This document shows positions 31,997-38,711 of a stretch of 64,000 nt of DNA, in pieces. Under the pieces are notes generated by a model, which was given only the letters and a program-made list of their open reading frames with translations, had not been told where the DNA came from and ran no database searches. Numbering within the stretch: the first letter of the stretch is position 1; every line of letters starts with the position of its first letter. Position numbers and translations under genes: made by a program. The stretch is from Escherichia phage FL20: sequence record PP400781; one strand, written 5' to 3'.

Positions 31997-32709
31997 AGAT
32001 CCTTATTTGCTTCAAATACTGCCTTTGCGAATCCTCGCGGGGTAAGTGACCTGATAGTCTTTGTTTTCGTTCCTTTCCCGCCTAGCTTAGAATGCTGTTT
32101 ACTGTACCCTTTATTAATCTGCAAAGGTTTCTTTTCTGGCATTATAAAGCCTTGTCCGGTCCATAAGCAAGTCTTTTTTGGGTACATATCACGGGCGGCA
32201 ATATACTCAGGAAACGTAGGATGCTTATCATCTTCCGGCAAATAACCGCCATATTCCCACGGATGGAACATATAATCAGGCTTACGCCACATGCTAGAGA
32301 TAACGCTTACAGGATTCTCTATCATGTAGGGAACTCCTAGCCATTCACCCAAATAAGCGGTTATTTTAGCTGCCCTTACATCATGAACTTGAATCAATGG
32401 TCCTTGTTCTAGTTTCTTTCGTTCAAAGTGCGCAGCGCCACTAACAGCTAAATTGGTGCACGGTGGGAATGCAAAGATAATATCCGGTTTCCCCCATTCA
32501 AGGTCCATTGCTCTTTCCAGCCAATTCAAATCAATCCAGGTGTTTACATAGGTAATGTTTTGATGTTCAAATCGGGTATTATATTTTTTGTATGTACCGT
32601 GGTCGCCATCATCAGCATTAAAGCAGATCACCTTATGACCTGCTTTAGCCCATTCTAGCCCCATTATCCCCGATCCGTCAAAGTTGCAGAATATTAATTT
32701 TTGTTTCAT
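31993..32709 (-). CDS. C5-cytosine methyltransferase catalytic core lacking a target-recognition domain (238 aa)
   Basis: Motif I-like FCNFDGSGIMGLEWAKAG, motif IV FAFPPCTNLAVSG (Pro-Cys catalytic dipeptide), motif VI MIENP, motif IX-like TIRSLTPRGFAKAV; too short for a canonical enzyme with TRD. Confidence 0.6.
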   Translation of the reverse strand: MKQKLIFCNFDGSGIMGLEWAKAGHKVICFNADDGDHGTYKKYNTRFEHQNITYVNTWIDLNWLERAMDLEWGKPDIIFAFPPCTNLAVSGAAHFERKKLEQGPLIQVHDVRAAKITAYLGEWLGVPYMIENPVSVISSMWRKPDYMFHPWEYGGYLPEDDKHPTFPEYIAARDMYPKKTCLWTGQGFIMPEKKPLQINKGYSKQHSKLGGKGTKTKTIRSLTPRGFAKAVFEANKDL

Positions 32710-32951
32710 ATACGACCCTTTAACCCAGCACAGATTTTAGTCGGTTCTTTACCGTGCCACATTAAGTAAAGTCCGTTAATGCGACCTTGTTTTGTGTGTG
32801 ATTCTTTTCTGATCTTCTTATAGTGTCGTGCTTCCTCAACCGATTGTTTAGAATACCAATCATAAAGGAAGAGGAACAAAGGCCAGCCATTAGCGACCTT
32901 AATACAGTTATTCAAAAATTCCTTATTTCGTTTAATTAATTTTCTTTTCAC
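32706..32951 (-). CDS. hypothetical basic protein (81 aa)
   Basis: ORF with 4-bp overlaps to both neighbours in the operon. Confidence 0.5.
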   Translation of the reverse strand: MKRKLIKRNKEFLNNCIKVANGWPLFLFLYDWYSKQSVEEARHYKKIRKESHTKQGRINGLYLMWHGKEPTKICAGLKGRI

Positions 32952-33199
32952 GCTGCCCCCATTGGTTTGATAGTAACAGAATCTAAAAGACCTTTGTTAG
33001 CCAGTTCGCGGCAAGTTTTCAGATCCGCAACTTCCCAGCCAGCCGCAATCAGGTTATCAATCAGGCTGTTAGCAACTTCTTCGCTCATGAAAGAGCACTG
33101 TTTGCCGATGGTGTAGCGCACACGCTGTAATTTCAGTTTACGGAAGCCTTTAACGTTCAGGTCTTTAGCGATTTTCTTTGCGGTTTCGATGTTAGCCAT
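32948..33199 (-). CDS. hypothetical protein (83 aa), first gene of the PeSL-driven operon
   Basis: ORF immediately downstream of PeSL copy 3. Confidence 0.55.
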   Translation of the reverse strand: MANIETAKKIAKDLNVKGFRKLKLQRVRYTIGKQCSFMSEEVANSLIDNLIAAGWEVADLKTCRELANKGLLDSVTIKPMGAA

Positions 33200-33280
33200 T
33201 GTTTGATTCTCCTAAGTGGTATCTCGTCTTGATGGTTGTATTGTAGGGGAGTTATCCTCCCCTGTCAACACTTTTTATAA
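33200..33280 (-). promoter_or_regulatory. PeSL cassette copy 3 (palindrome ggggag-ttatc-ctcccc in spacer)
   Basis: Minus strand: TTGACA-GGGGAGgataaCTCCCC-TACAAT ... GGAGAA ... ATG. Confidence 0.75.
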
Positions 33281-33315
33281 AATTATTTGTTAATTTCTGG
33301 TGCGTTGCTAGGATA

Positions 33316-33450
33316 TTAACCTTCTTTAACTCCGAGGTATTTCGCAACCATCCCTACAATCTTCTGTGCTACTACAATGTCAAATTTCAGATAATCTTCG
33401 CCGTGGGTTTCAATGATATATGCTTCACATGCTGCTTTAGTCTCGAACAT
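33316..33450 (-). CDS. small protein (44 aa), nonsense-truncated paralog of ORF 36566-36733 (approximate ends)
   Basis: MFETKAACEAYIIETHGEDYLKFDIVVAQKIVGMVAKYLGVKEG; the paralog continues ...YYPSNAPEINK, and here that tail is still readable after a TAC to TAA change. Confidence 0.45.
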   Translation of the reverse strand: MFETKAACEAYIIETHGEDYLKFDIVVAQKIVGMVAKYLGVKEG

Positions 33451-33526
33451 TTTTATTCTCCTATTTCGTTTCGTTATGTGTGTATTATAGGGGATCTCCC
33501 GATCCCCGTCAACAACTTTTTTAAAA
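33451..33526 (-). promoter_or_regulatory. PeSL cassette copy 4 (GGGGATCtcccGATCCCC palindrome)
   Basis: As copy 2; -35 variant TTGACG. Confidence 0.7.
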
Positions 33527-33808
33527 TTATTCGTGATTAGTTTCGATGTTGTGCATTTTGCACCAGTTCAGCCAATCACCCAGATCCTGATAGTTAATTC
33601 TTTTATCTGCTGCCATCGTTTTTGTCTTGATACCCATATGTGCGTTATGAGTAAGCATTTTTACAGTGAACTCAATTTTATCACCTTTAGCTTTAACATC
33701 AACCAGTTTGGTCCACTGGCTACCAGCTCCGCGAATGTTCATACCAACGATGTTTCCGATGTATGCTTCTTTGTTTTTCAGGATTTCGGTTGCTTTGATG
33801 AATTTCAT
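33527..33808 (-). CDS. hypothetical protein (93 aa), PeSL-driven
   Basis: ORF directly after PeSL copy 5. Confidence 0.55.
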   Translation of the reverse strand: MKFIKATEILKNKEAYIGNIVGMNIRGAGSQWTKLVDVKAKGDKIEFTVKMLTHNAHMGIKTKTMAADKRINYQDLGDWLNWCKMHNIETNHE

Positions 33809-33878
33809 TTTTGATTCTCCAGTTCGTTTCGGTATGTGTGTATTATGCTATGTTCTTACTTTGGTGTCAACAACTTTT
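33809..33878 (-). promoter_or_regulatory. PeSL cassette copy 5
   Basis: Conserved -35/-10/leader/RBS layout on minus strand. Confidence 0.65.
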
Positions 33879-34148
33879 TTAGATATTTTCAGAAATAAAT
33901 TTTAAAACTTGACGTAAATGTTTCTCATCTTTGATAGTCGCCGGAAGTTCTTCTTTTACTTCCTGTGCAAGATAGATATTTCCGTTCCAAGTGAAAGATC
34001 CGTCTTCGTTTACGCGATAGCTGAACATCCACTCGCAATCATTTTCGATTTCATATACACACAGAAGGGTGTAATCGTTAAAGCTATTGATTTCAAGGTC
34101 GAAGCCGTGACGTTTTGCAAAGTTGGTAGTGGTTTTAGTCAGCGCCAT
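33879..34148 (-). CDS. hypothetical protein (89 aa), PeSL-driven
   Basis: ORF directly after PeSL copy 6. Confidence 0.55.
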   Translation of the reverse strand: MALTKTTTNFAKRHGFDLEINSFNDYTLLCVYEIENDCEWMFSYRVNEDGSFTWNGNIYLAQEVKEELPATIKDEKHLRQVLKFISENI

Positions 34149-34225
34149 TGTTTGATTCTCCTAAGTGGTATCTCGTTTCGATGGGTGTATTATGCTATAG
34201 GCGTGATCTGGTGTCAACAACTTTT
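34149..34225 (-). promoter_or_regulatory. PeSL cassette copy 6
   Basis: Conserved cassette layout. Confidence 0.65.
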
Positions 34226-34242
34226 TTAAAATTTTATGCAAT

Positions 34243-34267
34243 AAAAAAGCCGACACTAAGGTCGGCT
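34243..34267 (-). terminator. rho-independent terminator after gene 34275-34583 (approximate)
   Basis: Stem agccgac/gtcggct with T-tract on minus strand. Confidence 0.6.
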
Positions 34268-34274
34268 AATAAAA

Positions 34275-34583
34275 TCATTTAGACAAATAATCATTCAGTG
34301 CAATCCGGTTGGCGTATGCTGGTGTTACGTCAATCGCAATCACTTTAACGCGTGCTTTCTTGCGACCTGGGTTTTCTCGTAACCAGTGCTCATGACCGTG
34401 AACATTTTTATACTGCGATGCTTCTTCGAAGGTACGGATCGGACCTGGATAATCTGCGTAAAGGATCTCTAGGTCTTCGGTGATGTAAAAATATACATCA
34501 TAATTACTGTTCTCTAGTTTAAGCAGAGACTTTCGGAACATTGGGAGATTTTCGCGGGTAAATTCAAAGATATTATCTTTCAT
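34275..34583 (-). CDS. small early protein, HxHW-family member a (102 aa)
   Basis: C-terminal motif HGHEHW ... VKVIAIDV shared with five paralogs. Confidence 0.6.
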   Translation of the reverse strand: MKDNIFEFTRENLPMFRKSLLKLENSNYDVYFYITEDLEILYADYPGPIRTFEEASQYKNVHGHEHWLRENPGRKKARVKVIAIDVTPAYANRIALNDYLSK

Positions 34584-34636
34584 AGTATTATCCTCAATAG
34601 TTGGATGAAAAGGGGTGGGGCTTAACGCCCCGTATA

Positions 34637-34924
34637 TTAAAACAGTCCTTCCTGTACACCGTAGTAGAGTTCATCGCTGATAATTTCATTAATGCGACGG
34701 TGTGCATATTCCTGATTTGCGAAGTTATCAGCAAGTTCTACTTTAGTTTCGCCGTCATGAGTCCATTTAGTGATAACTTTACCATCTGCAAATTTGAAGT
34801 TGAACTCTTTAGCTACCGCATCGCGTACCAGACGTGCGAACTTGTTGTTACGGATTGCATTATCGGTTTCGTGTGCAGCGTGAGCGAATTTGTTAACTTT
34901 CAGAGTGATAGTAATGTATGCCAT
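34637..34924 (-). CDS. hypothetical protein (95 aa), PeSL-driven
   Basis: ORF directly after PeSL copy 7. Confidence 0.55.
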   Translation of the reverse strand: MAYITITLKVNKFAHAAHETDNAIRNNKFARLVRDAVAKEFNFKFADGKVITKWTHDGETKVELADNFANQEYAHRRINEIISDELYYGVQEGLF

Positions 34925-35005
34925 AATTTGATTCTCCTAGTTAGAAAGTGTATCTCGTTTCGATGGGGATATTATGCTATACACCCGATCTTATGTCAAC
35001 ACTTT
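34925..35005 (-). promoter_or_regulatory. PeSL cassette copy 7
   Basis: Conserved cassette layout. Confidence 0.65.
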
Positions 35006-35284
35006 TTATAAAATAATTTTTTGATATTTTTCTATGATGTTTGTGTAGGTCACGTCAACCGCTAGCACCGTTGCTTCGAATCCACCGTTTAACCAATGGC
35101 TATGATCATGATCGTGAAAGAAACCTAGACCAGTACGAAGACCTTCTTTATATTCGGCGCGTACATTTAGATCATCATCGATAAACAGATAAAACCATGA
35201 ATTTTTACTAGGATTGATGATACAACCTTTCAGATTAGGGAGAATATCACGACTAAGAATAAACTTATCACCTACTTTGAGCAT
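35006..35284 (-). CDS. small early protein, HxHW-family member b (92 aa from Met31)
   Basis: Track ORF 35006-35374; internal ATG with RBS GAGGAA; motif HDHDHSHW ... TVLAVDV. Confidence 0.55.
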   Translation of the reverse strand: MLKVGDKFILSRDILPNLKGCIINPSKNSWFYLFIDDDLNVRAEYKEGLRTGLGFFHDHDHSHWLNGGFEATVLAVDVTYTNIIEKYQKIIL

Positions 35285-35298
35285 AATATTTTCCTCAC

Positions 35299-35607
35299 TT
35301 ATAAAGTTTGACCGTTGTTTTTCGCGTAATGCTGAATGCGTGCTTGATCTGCTTCCGCTGGTGATAGATTCCATGCAACCACTACAACTTCTGACGCATC
35401 GTCATCCGTTTTTGATACCCAATGATTGTGATTCATACAGTTATTTGCTATCGAGTGAGAAAATGATTGCGTCACTGGAGACGTATAATCATAGTAACGG
35501 ATTTTCAGATTTTCATCAACGTACAAGTAGATCGTATACGGCTTATATTCAGTAACCAGTAACAGACAGTTACGCAATTCTGGGAAAATCTTTTTAGTTA
35601 ATTTCAT
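35299..35607 (-). CDS. small early protein, HxHW-family member c (about 102 aa from Met28)
   Basis: Track ORF 35299-35688; motif NHNHW ... VVVVAWN. Confidence 0.55.
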   Translation of the reverse strand: MKLTKKIFPELRNCLLLVTEYKPYTIYLYVDENLKIRYYDYTSPVTQSFSHSIANNCMNHNHWVSKTDDDASEVVVVAWNLSPAEADQARIQHYAKNNGQTL

Positions 35608-35608
35608 T

Positions 35609-35848
35609 TTATAATCCTCGGTCGCGGCTATAGTACACGGTACGCCATACAATTTCATGTTTCGTGTCGCTCCAGCACACGATCTCATTTACTCTTAAAT
35701 CTTTGTTATCAACAAAAGATGAACATTGTGACGCTTCTTTCATCATTTTATCTGCTGTTTTCTCATCAAATACAGCACAGATTTCTTTATACACTCGATA
35801 ATCTTTGAATTGACTCTGAATACCCATAATTAACACCATTCCAACCAA
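35609..35848 (-). CDS. hypothetical protein, member 1 of a two-gene paralog pair
   Basis: Shares block FK.YK.Y ... A.KMM.(E/D)AS.C.SF with ORF 35787-36050; start uncertain. Confidence 0.5.
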   Translation of the reverse strand: MVGMVLIMGIQSQFKDYRVYKEICAVFDEKTADKMMKEASQCSSFVDNKDLRVNEIVCWSDTKHEIVWRTVYYSRDRGL

Positions 35849-36050
35849 TTGTTTTTGAGAAAACGTTTATCCACTGTTGAGTGTAGCATGTTTCTTTCCA
35901 TGATACAATACGAGTAGAATAATGGTTTTTGTTTCCAGAAAAGGACGGGCATTTTGATGCATCTTCCATCATCTTTTCGGCGAACTCTGGTGCGTATACT
36001 CGCAGGATCTGTTGATATGCTTTGTATTCTTTAAATTTGCTCATAATCAT
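35787..36050 (-). CDS. hypothetical protein, member 2 of the paralog pair
   Basis: See ORF 35609-35848. Confidence 0.5.
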   Translation of the reverse strand: MIMSKFKEYKAYQQILRVYAPEFAEKMMEDASKCPSFSGNKNHYSTRIVSWKETCYTQQWINVFSKTIGWNGVNYGYSESIQRLSSV

Positions 36051-36309
36051 TCACTACCTTATCAGCTTCTTTTGTTGTTTTTACATCAACTGCGATAACT
36101 CGTAAAGGTTCGTCATGGTTCCACCAGTGGTCATGAATATCAGCTTGTGATTTATCACAAAAGGAATCACGAATATCATTTTTACATTTATAGCTAATGT
36201 GACCGTCATAGTCAACATAAAGGTAATTATCGAAAATCGGCGTTTTTAAGATCATACCGAAAAATCTTTCTTTGTGTGTCTTATCCAGTGTTGCAGTAAT
36301 TCGCATCAT
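36031..36309 (-). CDS. small early protein, HxHW-family member d (92 aa)
   Basis: Motif IHDHWW ... LRVIAVDV. Confidence 0.6.
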   Translation of the reverse strand: MMRITATLDKTHKERFFGMILKTPIFDNYLYVDYDGHISYKCKNDIRDSFCDKSQADIHDHWWNHDEPLRVIAVDVKTTKEADKVVNDYEQI

Positions 36310-36321
36310 AATATATTCCTC

Positions 36322-36501
36322 TTAGAAAGGGATGGTCATTTCTTGAGCTTGTACATTCTCGTTAGGATTAAACTTCATCCAGCCGATATTGTCTACCAGC
36401 ATATGCACATTTTTATCATATCCTACGTGGGTAGTCAATACTGTATGTGCTTTACCTTCAATGATGAGTTCCATGTACTTCTGAACTTCGATAGCTTTCA
36501 T
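36322..36501 (-). CDS. small hypothetical protein (59 aa), PeSL-driven
   Basis: Ends placed via the plus-strand track ORF frame; RBS GGAGAA; N-terminus MKAIEVQKYM. Confidence 0.45.
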   Translation of the reverse strand: MKAIEVQKYMELIIEGKAHTVLTTHVGYDKNVHMLVDNIGWMKFNPNENVQAQEMTIPF

Positions 36502-36565
36502 TTTGATTCTCCGTTTGTTGTCTTGATGGGAGTATCTTACTACTCCCTTTAATCATTGTCAACTA
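36502..36565 (-). promoter_or_regulatory. PeSL cassette copy 8 (palindrome gggagta-tcttac-tactccc spanning the -10)
   Basis: Conserved cassette layout. Confidence 0.7.
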
Positions 36566-36733
36566 TTATTTGTTAATTTCCGGTGCGTTGCTCGGATAGT
36601 AACCTTCTTTAACACCTAGATATTTTGCAACCATTCCGGTGATCTTCTGTGCTACTACGATATCGAATTTCAGGTAGTCTTCACCGTGGTTTGCTACAAT
36701 GTATGCTTCGCATTCTGCTTTAGTCTCGAACAT
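36566..36733 (-). CDS. small protein (55 aa), intact paralog of ORF 33316-33450
   Basis: Track ORF 36566-36769; true start is Met13 (MFETKAECEAY...); the upstream 12 codons are PeSL sequence read in frame. Confidence 0.55.
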   Translation of the reverse strand: MFETKAECEAYIVANHGEDYLKFDIVVAQKITGMVAKYLGVKEGYYPSNAPEINK

Positions 36734-36803
36734 TTTTGATTCTCCTATATCTCGTTGGTATGTGTGCATTATAGGGGATCACCGATCCCCTGTCAACAAC
36801 TTT
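36734..36803 (-). promoter_or_regulatory. PeSL cassette copy 9 (GGGGATCaccGATCCCC palindrome)
   Basis: As copy 2. Confidence 0.75.
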
Positions 36804-37106
36804 TTATTCTTCGTCTTTATCTTTATATGCGTATTTCATAAATTTGTCTGCTACTTCGTCCGCGTTTTCAGGTTCTACATCTGACGCTAGGACAACAGCT
36901 AGTTCGGTTTTGTCGTTTCCATCATACCAATGATTATGAGTGTCTTTTTCTTCGATATAAAACGAATCATTTGGAGTTGGGCGACAATATACGTCTAAAT
37001 TCCCATCGATATAAAAGATCCAATCCGAATACAAAATGATTGTTTTAGCCAGATTTTTATTGTCTCTTACAAAAGGTTCCGCGACAAATAGCTTAGTTTG
37101 TTCCAT
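36804..37106 (-). CDS. small early protein, HxHW-family member e (100 aa from Met20)
   Basis: Track ORF 36804-37163; motif THNHW ... LAVVLASDV. Confidence 0.55.
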   Translation of the reverse strand: MEQTKLFVAEPFVRDNKNLAKTIILYSDWIFYIDGNLDVYCRPTPNDSFYIEEKDTHNHWYDGNDKTELAVVLASDVEPENADEVADKFMKYAYKDKDEE

Positions 37107-37122
37107 AGTAATTTCCTCAAAA

Positions 37123-37314
37123 TTATACAGCTTCGTAAACTTCCCAATGTCCAACACCAGCACGCTTAACGAAAAGGTTTTCTTTGATGTTATTCATAAA
37201 CGTCTGGATGGATTTAATGCGGTTGGAAGGTTTCCAGTCTTCGTTGGCATTGCGGCGATACATCATAACATTACCAGTTCGCTTATATTCAGCAACCATT
37301 TTAAGACCACACAT
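37123..37314 (-). CDS. hypothetical protein (63 aa)
   Basis: ORF with RBS GAGGA 7 nt upstream of the start. Confidence 0.5.
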   Translation of the reverse strand: MCGLKMVAEYKRTGNVMMYRRNANEDWKPSNRIKSIQTFMNNIKENLFVKRAGVGHWEVYEAV

Positions 37315-37370
37315 AATATTATCCTCAATTTGTGGGAGAGTATTACCCTCCCGATTATTGTTATACTACA

Positions 37371-37691
37371 TTACGCAAAATGGCGTGTCAATGCTTCTTT
37401 TGCTGTTCCGCTAAGATTCTCGATCTCTCCTGGCATAACATCAACCGCAAGAACTTCTACAACATCCTCTGATCCTAACCAGTGAGTATGACCTTTGTAG
37501 AACTTGATAACCAGACTACCTTCCTCATCCCATTTAACGCTATCGCTAGCCCACCACACATCACCGTCGATAAAGTTGATGTAAAGCACACTACGCCACA
37601 TTGAATCGGTTACTTTCAATATTGCGCCTTTCATCTCTTCCACGGTGTGGTCTTCCATTTTGAAGACCTCGCCTACTTGAACTTTTGCCAT
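37371..37691 (-). CDS. small early protein, HxHW-family member f (106 aa from Met31)
   Basis: Track ORF 37371-37781; motif GHTHW ... VEVLAVDV. Confidence 0.55.
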   Translation of the reverse strand: MAKVQVGEVFKMEDHTVEEMKGAILKVTDSMWRSVLYINFIDGDVWWASDSVKWDEEGSLVIKFYKGHTHWLGSEDVVEVLAVDVMPGEIENLSGTAKEALTRHFA

Positions 37692-37692
37692 G

Positions 37693-37959
37693 TTACATGC
37701 TCCGAATATGTTTAGCTGCATCTTCCAGTTCGTCGATAGTGACACTGTGTGCCAGTAAGTGTACTGGTTGTGGTTCTTCACCTTCCATAGTATTGATCAG
37801 ATGACCGTTTCCTGGGTGGAATGTATCGTTGCCGTTCCAAATAGCATACACATCATCTTCTGTTACGTAGATAATAAGTCCAATCGGTGATTCTGGTAAT
37901 TGAAAAATTTTACCCACTGCATCTTTGCGATTGTCTACGATATCTTTTACTGTCTTCAT
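37693..37959 (-). CDS. hypothetical protein (88 aa)
   Basis: ORF tightly packed upstream of member f. Confidence 0.5.
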   Translation of the reverse strand: MKTVKDIVDNRKDAVGKIFQLPESPIGLIIYVTEDDVYAIWNGNDTFHPGNGHLINTMEGEEPQPVHLLAHSVTIDELEDAAKHIRSM

Positions 37960-37978
37960 TTAGTTACCTCTCGTTAAA

Positions 37979-38158
37979 TTACATCACAATCACGCCAGCC
38001 GTAGAAAGTTGATGTTTCAACTGAGCATTTTCTGCTACCGTCAAATCAATGATTTCTTGTGACGCTGCAATCATATAACCATTGGTGATATTGTTTTGCA
38101 TCAGTTCAATGGTTTCTTCGTTGTAGCGGATTTTAGCGATGATTTCGTTGAAGTTCAT
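37979..38158 (-). CDS. small hypothetical protein (59 aa from Met23), PeSL-driven
   Basis: Track ORF 37979-38224; the first 22 codons are PeSL sequence (same artefact as at 36769). Confidence 0.5.
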   Translation of the reverse strand: MNFNEIIAKIRYNEETIELMQNNITNGYMIAASQEIIDLTVAENAQLKHQLSTAGVIVM

Positions 38159-38234
38159 TTTTGATTCTCCTAGTTCGTTTCGGTATGTGTGTATTATAGG
38201 GGATCGGTGATCCCCTGTCAACAACTTTTCTGAA
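38159..38234 (-). promoter_or_regulatory. PeSL cassette copy 10 (GGGGATCggtGATCCCC palindrome)
   Basis: As copy 2. Confidence 0.75.
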
Positions 38235-38711
38235 TTATTTTTCTTGATGCTCGCGCTCGTACTTTTCGAAATAAAATTCTACTGGCTGGTCATGAATTGA
38301 CAGCAAGCCAAAGCGTTTAGCCGCTCGCAATCCCATATTGCGCTGAATGTACTTCTGGAAGTTCTCGCGTATACACTTACGCCAGTATTCTAAGCCCATA
38401 CAGCTTTTATAAAGATTGCATTGCACACACGCCGGATTCATGTTATCAAGTATATCATGCTCCGGTTTATGCATTCCTACAACCTTATACTTCCACGATC
38501 CATCATCATTACGGGCAATTCGTCCATTTTCATCATAGACTACCTTTGAGCGTCGCAATACTGGTTTGATGTGGTCTGCGTGCCAGCGATCCCCTAGTTC
38601 CTCGCCACAATAGGCGCAACGTCCACCATATTTCATTTTCAGGATCTGGCGTTGCTCTTTCTTTGACAATTTTTTAGGTTTAGGGGCTTTCGCCCCTTCA
38701 TTATCACACAT
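38235..38711 (-). CDS. HNH homing endonuclease
   Basis: 158 aa; CAYCGEEL ... HADHIKP ... N ... CVQCN (Cys-x2-Cys / His-Asp-His / Cys-x2-Cys HNH signature); inserted next to the ligase gene. Confidence 0.7.
   Translation of the reverse strand: MCDNEGAKAPKPKKLSKKEQRQILKMKYGGRCAYCGEELGDRWHADHIKPVLRRSKVVYDENGRIARNDDGSWKYKVVGMHKPEHDILDNMNPACVQCNLYKSCMGLEYWRKCIRENFQKYIQRNMGLRAAKRFGLLSIHDQPVEFYFEKYEREHQEK

Noticed and set aside
33533-35011. Plus-strand track ORFs across the PeSL array (33533-33814, 33666-33905, 33918-34229, 34601-35011, 36274-36552, 46634-46897, 47068-47313)
   Set aside because: Each runs antisense through a minus-strand gene plus its cassette; the cassettes' promoter and RBS polarity shows the minus strand is coding here.
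36734-36769. N-terminal extensions of track ORFs 36566-36769, 37979-38224 and 47208-47480
   Set aside because: The extensions are the PeSL leader/promoter read in frame (recurring HTYQRDIGESK-like peptide); real starts are the downstream ATG with a GGAGAA RBS.
30824-38234. Possible CRISPR array suggested by the regularly repeated ~65-bp cassettes
   Set aside because: The repeats are promoter-like (TTGACA / TATAAT / RBS), the intervening units are 200-700-bp protein-coding ORFs rather than 30-40-bp spacers, and repeat spacing is irregular.
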